Below, in pieces: positions 60,967 to 64,000 of a stretch of 64,000 nucleotides of DNA. The DNA lies in IMG/VR virus record IMGVR_UViG_3300035698_009402, positions 51,659-115,658 of that record. One strand, given 5' to 3'. The stretch's first letter is position 1, and each line of letters starts with the position of its first letter. Both the position numbers and the translations under genes were made by a program. The notes beneath the pieces were generated by a model, which saw nothing but the letters and a program-made list of their open reading frames with translations, was not told where the DNA came from and made no database searches. Source of the DNA: a virus (taxonomy: Duplodnaviria > Heunggongvirae > Uroviricota > Caudoviricetes).

Positions 60967-61267
60967 TAAATAGGTAACGAAGTTACGTTCCGGGGAGTAC
61001 AAACAAGGAATAGAATATCTTAATAGGGATAACAGGTATTGTTATTTGGGGGTTTTAGCTGAAACACTAGAATTACCTAAGAAAAATGTAGGTTATATAA
61101 CTTATTATAAAATATCTGAAGAAAAAGAAGTAGTGGTGGATTTAGAAAGTAAGTGGCTTACAGAAAGTATGGAGAGAGAATTAGTAGGATTAAACGACAG
61201 AGATAGAAAATCTTTTAACTATATAACAGATTGGCTAGAAAGGAATAAGAGTGAGATAGTAAGATGA
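60944..61267 (+). pseudogene. paralog of the 63224-63544 gene with an in-frame TAG replacing the conserved Trp codon (pseudogene or amber-readthrough gene)
   Basis: TTG-LTQTQFDK-TAG-VTKLRSGEYKQG...YCYLGVLAETL vs the paralog MLTQTQFNKWVTKLRSGEYKQG...YCSLGVLAETL; TAG at 60971-60973 aligns with TGG; the ORF track only calls 61046-61267. Confidence 0.35.
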
Positions 61268-61494
61268 GTTTAAAAAATTATATATTAGCAATTGAAGATT
61301 TAATGGAGGAAAGAGATGACTTAGGTCAGCAAATTAGAGACGTTTTCAAGGAAGCTAAAGACGAAGGTTTTGACGTTAAGACAATGCGTCAAGTTATCAA
61401 ACTAAGAAAAATGGATGAAGAAGATAGGTTAGAAGAGCAACTTCTAATTGAAACTTATCTAAGAGAGGTAGTGCAAGATGTACGAGATAGTTAA
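61264..61494 (+). CDS. hypothetical acidic protein
   Basis: 76 aa; ATGA overlap. Confidence 0.4.
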   Translation: MSLKNYILAIEDLMEERDDLGQQIRDVFKEAKDEGFDVKTMRQVIKLRKMDEEDRLEEQLLIETYLREVVQDVRDS

Positions 61495-61828
61495 AAGAGA
61501 GACACATAAAGATGTACGTTATGTATTAACAGCAAATACTGTACAAATACATACAGGAGATATTTTGTTAATGATTATTCCTGTTGTGGTTATTGAACCA
61601 AATAAATTTATGTGGTGGAGTTTAAAAGATTATTTTGGCGAATTTACTCTAAAGGTTAAAAAGAAAACTATTACATATTACGAAGTAATATTTATTAATG
61701 GACAGCGAAGTTATAACGTATCAAAACTTACTGTTAGTAAAGAGCCTTTTGATAAAGTACTTAGCGTTACTAAAGTTACTGGAGAAGTACCTGATCAACT
61801 TTTTGATAGTATGGGGATATCTTTTTAA
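61478..61828 (+). CDS. hypothetical protein
   Basis: 116 aa ORF. Confidence 0.4.
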   Translation: MYEIVKRETHKDVRYVLTANTVQIHTGDILLMIIPVVVIEPNKFMWWSLKDYFGEFTLKVKKKTITYYEVIFINGQRSYNVSKLTVSKEPFDKVLSVTKVTGEVPDQLFDSMGISF

Positions 61829-62160
61829 TGCAGATAATGGATAAAGATAGTGTTTATGAATATTCATATAATGCATCCCATAAATGTATATCAGTTAGGC
61901 TAAACAATGTAAGAATTTGTACTTTATACCAAATAGAACCTAATGTACATACTTGTTGGGAAGTAAATAATGGACACAGAGGAGAATTTACTTTATATAA
62001 GAAAATTACTCCAGGCTATAAAGTAACAACAGAGAACTCTATATATTATGCAAGACAAATAAAGCTAACTACATTCGCCTGCGCAGACACTTTTGTTAGT
62101 ATAGAAGCAGTAGAGGATATCCCTAATTACTGTAGATCAGTAATGCAGTTAAAGGTATGA
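61828..62160 (+). CDS. hypothetical protein
   Basis: 110 aa; TAATG overlap. Confidence 0.4.
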   Translation: MQIMDKDSVYEYSYNASHKCISVRLNNVRICTLYQIEPNVHTCWEVNNGHRGEFTLYKKITPGYKVTTENSIYYARQIKLTTFACADTFVSIEAVEDIPNYCRSVMQLKV

Positions 62161-62332
62161 AAATAACATCTGATGATAATTATAGTTATACTATCAAGGT
62201 AAGTATGGTGTACTTATATCTACTAAAGAAGGAATTGACTTAGGGATTTTTCCTAATTTACCTATTAGTAAAAAAATGTCTTGGAAAGTAAGTAATAATG
62301 AGGGTTGGGTAAGAATGGATAAAATATCATAA

Positions 62333-62584
62333 ATGTGGTTTATAATTTTAACATCTGCTTTAGTTATTGTAATTGCATTATATTTAATTAGAAGTTATAA
62401 AGTAGATTGTTTCATTGACGATATATTAACTGATGTTATATTAGCTAAAAAAGAAATCTACTGGGAATATTTTAATAACATAAATAGAAATAGATTACTA
62501 TACTATAGATTTGGGTTAGGAAACTTCCGAAAAATAGAATACGAAAACGAAACATATAAGCAATTACAGAAGGATAAGAGATAA
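62333..62584 (+). CDS. small membrane protein
   Basis: 83 aa, N-terminal TM helix. Confidence 0.35.
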   Translation: MWFIILTSALVIVIALYLIRSYKVDCFIDDILTDVILAKKEIYWEYFNNINRNRLLYYRFGLGNFRKIEYENETYKQLQKDKR

Positions 62585-62781
62585 TGTTTGATAAATTCAG
62601 TGAAATATATAATAAGTATAGACGAAGGTATTTCTGGTTACTACTTATTGTTACTGGATTACTCTTATTTACTACTGGAGCAGGTATTTTAGGGTATTCA
62701 ACTATAACTTCAGTACATATATTTATTAATGTATTCTTACTTATGGCTAATACCTATTTACTATCTAGATGGGATGATTAA
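62584..62781 (+). CDS. small membrane protein
   Basis: 65 aa, two TM helices. Confidence 0.35.
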   Translation: MFDKFSEIYNKYRRRYFWLLLIVTGLLLFTTGAGILGYSTITSVHIFINVFLLMANTYLLSRWDD

Positions 62782-63015
62782 ATGACTGATAAAGAAGAAA
62801 TCGCTAAACTACGAGCCGAAAACGAGAAAATGAGGACGACATTAAGCCTCCTAGGAAATATTAAAAGTGACCAGATACAGAAAGGAGCAACTGTCCACAC
62901 TATGCTGTCTCTGATGGACTTAATGAGTGCTGCCGCCCTGAGAATCCTTAGTAGAGAAGGGGTAGAAATGATTGACAAAACCACTAACGAATACACTGGA
63001 ACAGGAAAAATATAA
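62782..63015 (+). CDS. hypothetical coiled-coil protein
   Basis: 77 aa ORF. Confidence 0.35.
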   Translation: MTDKEEIAKLRAENEKMRTTLSLLGNIKSDQIQKGATVHTMLSLMDLMSAAALRILSREGVEMIDKTTNEYTGTGKI

Positions 63016-63224
63016 TGACGTTTTTAATAAAATTTCTACAAAATTTTATCGGTTTTACCCTAATCATAGGATTGTTAGTTGGAGGTATTTTGTTATTTAT
63101 ATTTGTAATAGCTGATATAGCTTCAATTATAGGAGGATATACTGTTCTTATTATTCCGTTTATTATAATATCTGCGGGCGCATATCATGCAATAGTAACA
63201 GAACTTGAAAAAGAAGGTAGATAA
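63015..63224 (+). CDS. small membrane protein
   Basis: 69 aa, two TM helices. Confidence 0.35.
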   Translation: MTFLIKFLQNFIGFTLIIGLLVGGILLFIFVIADIASIIGGYTVLIIPFIIISAGAYHAIVTELEKEGR

Positions 63225-63544
63225 TGTTAACACAAACGCAGTTTAATAAATGGGTAACGAAGTTACGTTCCGGGGAATACAAACAGGGACGAACAAGATT
63301 ATTGAATGATAATTGTTATTGCAGTTTAGGAGTATTAGCTGAAACTCTTAATTTATCTAAAAGAAGAAGTATTATTTTTACAGAAACCTACTTATTCGAA
63401 AATGATGCTATTAGTTTAAGTATAAGATATGTACCTAAATCTTGGCAAGAAATATTAATTCGTATGAATGATAAACAAGGTAAGTCTTTTTCAGAAATCG
63501 CAGATTTTTTAGAGGAAAATAAAAAAGAATATGTACAAAATTGA
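63224..63544 (+). CDS. hypothetical protein (intact paralog of 60944-61267)
   Basis: 106 aa; N-terminal 40 aa about 80% identical to the upstream paralog. Confidence 0.45.
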   Translation: MLTQTQFNKWVTKLRSGEYKQGRTRLLNDNCYCSLGVLAETLNLSKRRSIIFTETYLFENDAISLSIRYVPKSWQEILIRMNDKQGKSFSEIADFLEENKKEYVQN

Positions 63545-63716
63545 TTGTTATAAAAATTATGAAGTAGTTAGAACTATTTATGCTAAAGTAGTAAAGACTA
63601 AGTTATGGAAAGATAAAGATAGTTGCGATTATTGTATTTCTTTACTAATAGATGAAGCACCTAAAGGAATCCCTGTTTACGATGAAACCACTATCTTAAT
63701 AAGGAAATTACGATGA
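63531..63716 (+). CDS. hypothetical protein
   Basis: 61 aa ORF. Confidence 0.35.
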   Translation: MYKIDCYKNYEVVRTIYAKVVKTKLWKDKDSCDYCISLLIDEAPKGIPVYDETTILIRKLR

Positions 63717-63922
63717 GGTTTAGATATAAAAATAAAGCATTTATAGTAGTCGATGATTTTATATGTGTTTCAGAGGGAATGTACGTTAATATAGAAGACA
63801 TACTTTTAGCAGCGCAGCGTTGTATTGATAACGAAACAGTAGAAACTGCTATAGAGCATAGATCAGGAAAACTATATTCAGAAGATAAAAGTGCTTCCTC
63901 TGAACCATTTAATCCGTTATAA
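63713..63922 (+). CDS. hypothetical protein
   Basis: 69 aa; ATGA overlap. Confidence 0.35.
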   Translation: MRFRYKNKAFIVVDDFICVSEGMYVNIEDILLAAQRCIDNETVETAIEHRSGKLYSEDKSASSEPFNPL

Positions 63923-64000
63923 TAAGGAATCGAATAGTGAGAGAGTTTAAAAAAACAGTTTTGTTAGTAGCTTTGATGCTGCTTATAATCTCAGGAAGTG

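Noticed and set aside
1-64000. Search for rRNA genes, CRISPR arrays, integrase, transposase and large terminase, portal or capsid genes.
   Set aside because: No repeat-spacer arrays, no rRNA signature sequences, and no tyrosine or serine recombinase or DDE motifs were recognised. Structural and packaging genes are not in this window, so the phage morphotype is inferred only from gene content.

Overview
This AT-rich window (~30% GC) is densely coded and reads as part of a large lytic, myovirus-like phage genome; I saw no rRNA, CRISPR, integrase or transposase. Several features point to an alphaproteobacterial host: a two-piece tmRNA, a tRNA-His without G-1, a DUF1127 protein and a SleB-type lysin.

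Layout:
- 1-5785: a leftward (minus-strand) sugar-nucleotide modification cluster (dehydratase, DegT aminotransferase, NeuD/PglD-like acetyltransferase, glycosyltransferases, epimerase), plus a ribosomal bS21 homologue.
- From ~5830: rightward genes. These include a SLOG-family protein, Hsp20, an HNH endonuclease, a macro-domain protein, a PD-(D/E)xK nuclease with an AAA+ ATPase, and a lysis cassette (M15 endolysin with overlapping i- and o-spanins).
- 14988-19493: a contiguous five-gene NAD+ synthesis and salvage module (NadE, NAPRTase, Nudix, NMNAT, nicotinamidase).
- 21.2-44.3 kb: about 36 plus-strand tRNAs, a promoter-driven two-piece (circularly permuted) tmRNA, an RtcB RNA ligase, a PPP-family phosphatase, T4 endonuclease V (DenV), a DEDDh exonuclease, a small C5 DNA methyltransferase, and other genes.
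- 42840-43650: a GC-rich 593-bp insertion flanked by perfect 109-bp direct repeats that include the 3' end of tRNA-Gly. It encodes a Panacea (DUF4065) protein.
- 52.1-55.5 kb: a 3.4-kb ORF-poor, GC-elevated block with three tandem sigma70-like promoters driving very short transcripts, one tRNA-Gln and a terminator. I read it as a cluster of large structured non-coding RNAs.
- Elsewhere: an SPFH/flotillin-like protein, a SET-domain protein, two metallophosphoesterases, a frameshifted deaminase, and two genes with in-frame stop codons (MazG-like with TAA; a paralog with TAG at a conserved Trp codon).

Several tRNAs look non-canonical by hand-folding: a candidate CUA amber-suppressor anticodon, a Pro tRNA with anticodon AGG, type-II tRNAs with Asn-type anticodon loops, and a 94-nt tRNA. 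A motif TTGCTT-N17-TATAAT recurs before genes and RNAs as the likely promoter. All tRNA anticodon calls were made by eye and need tRNAscan-SE or ARAGORN confirmation.
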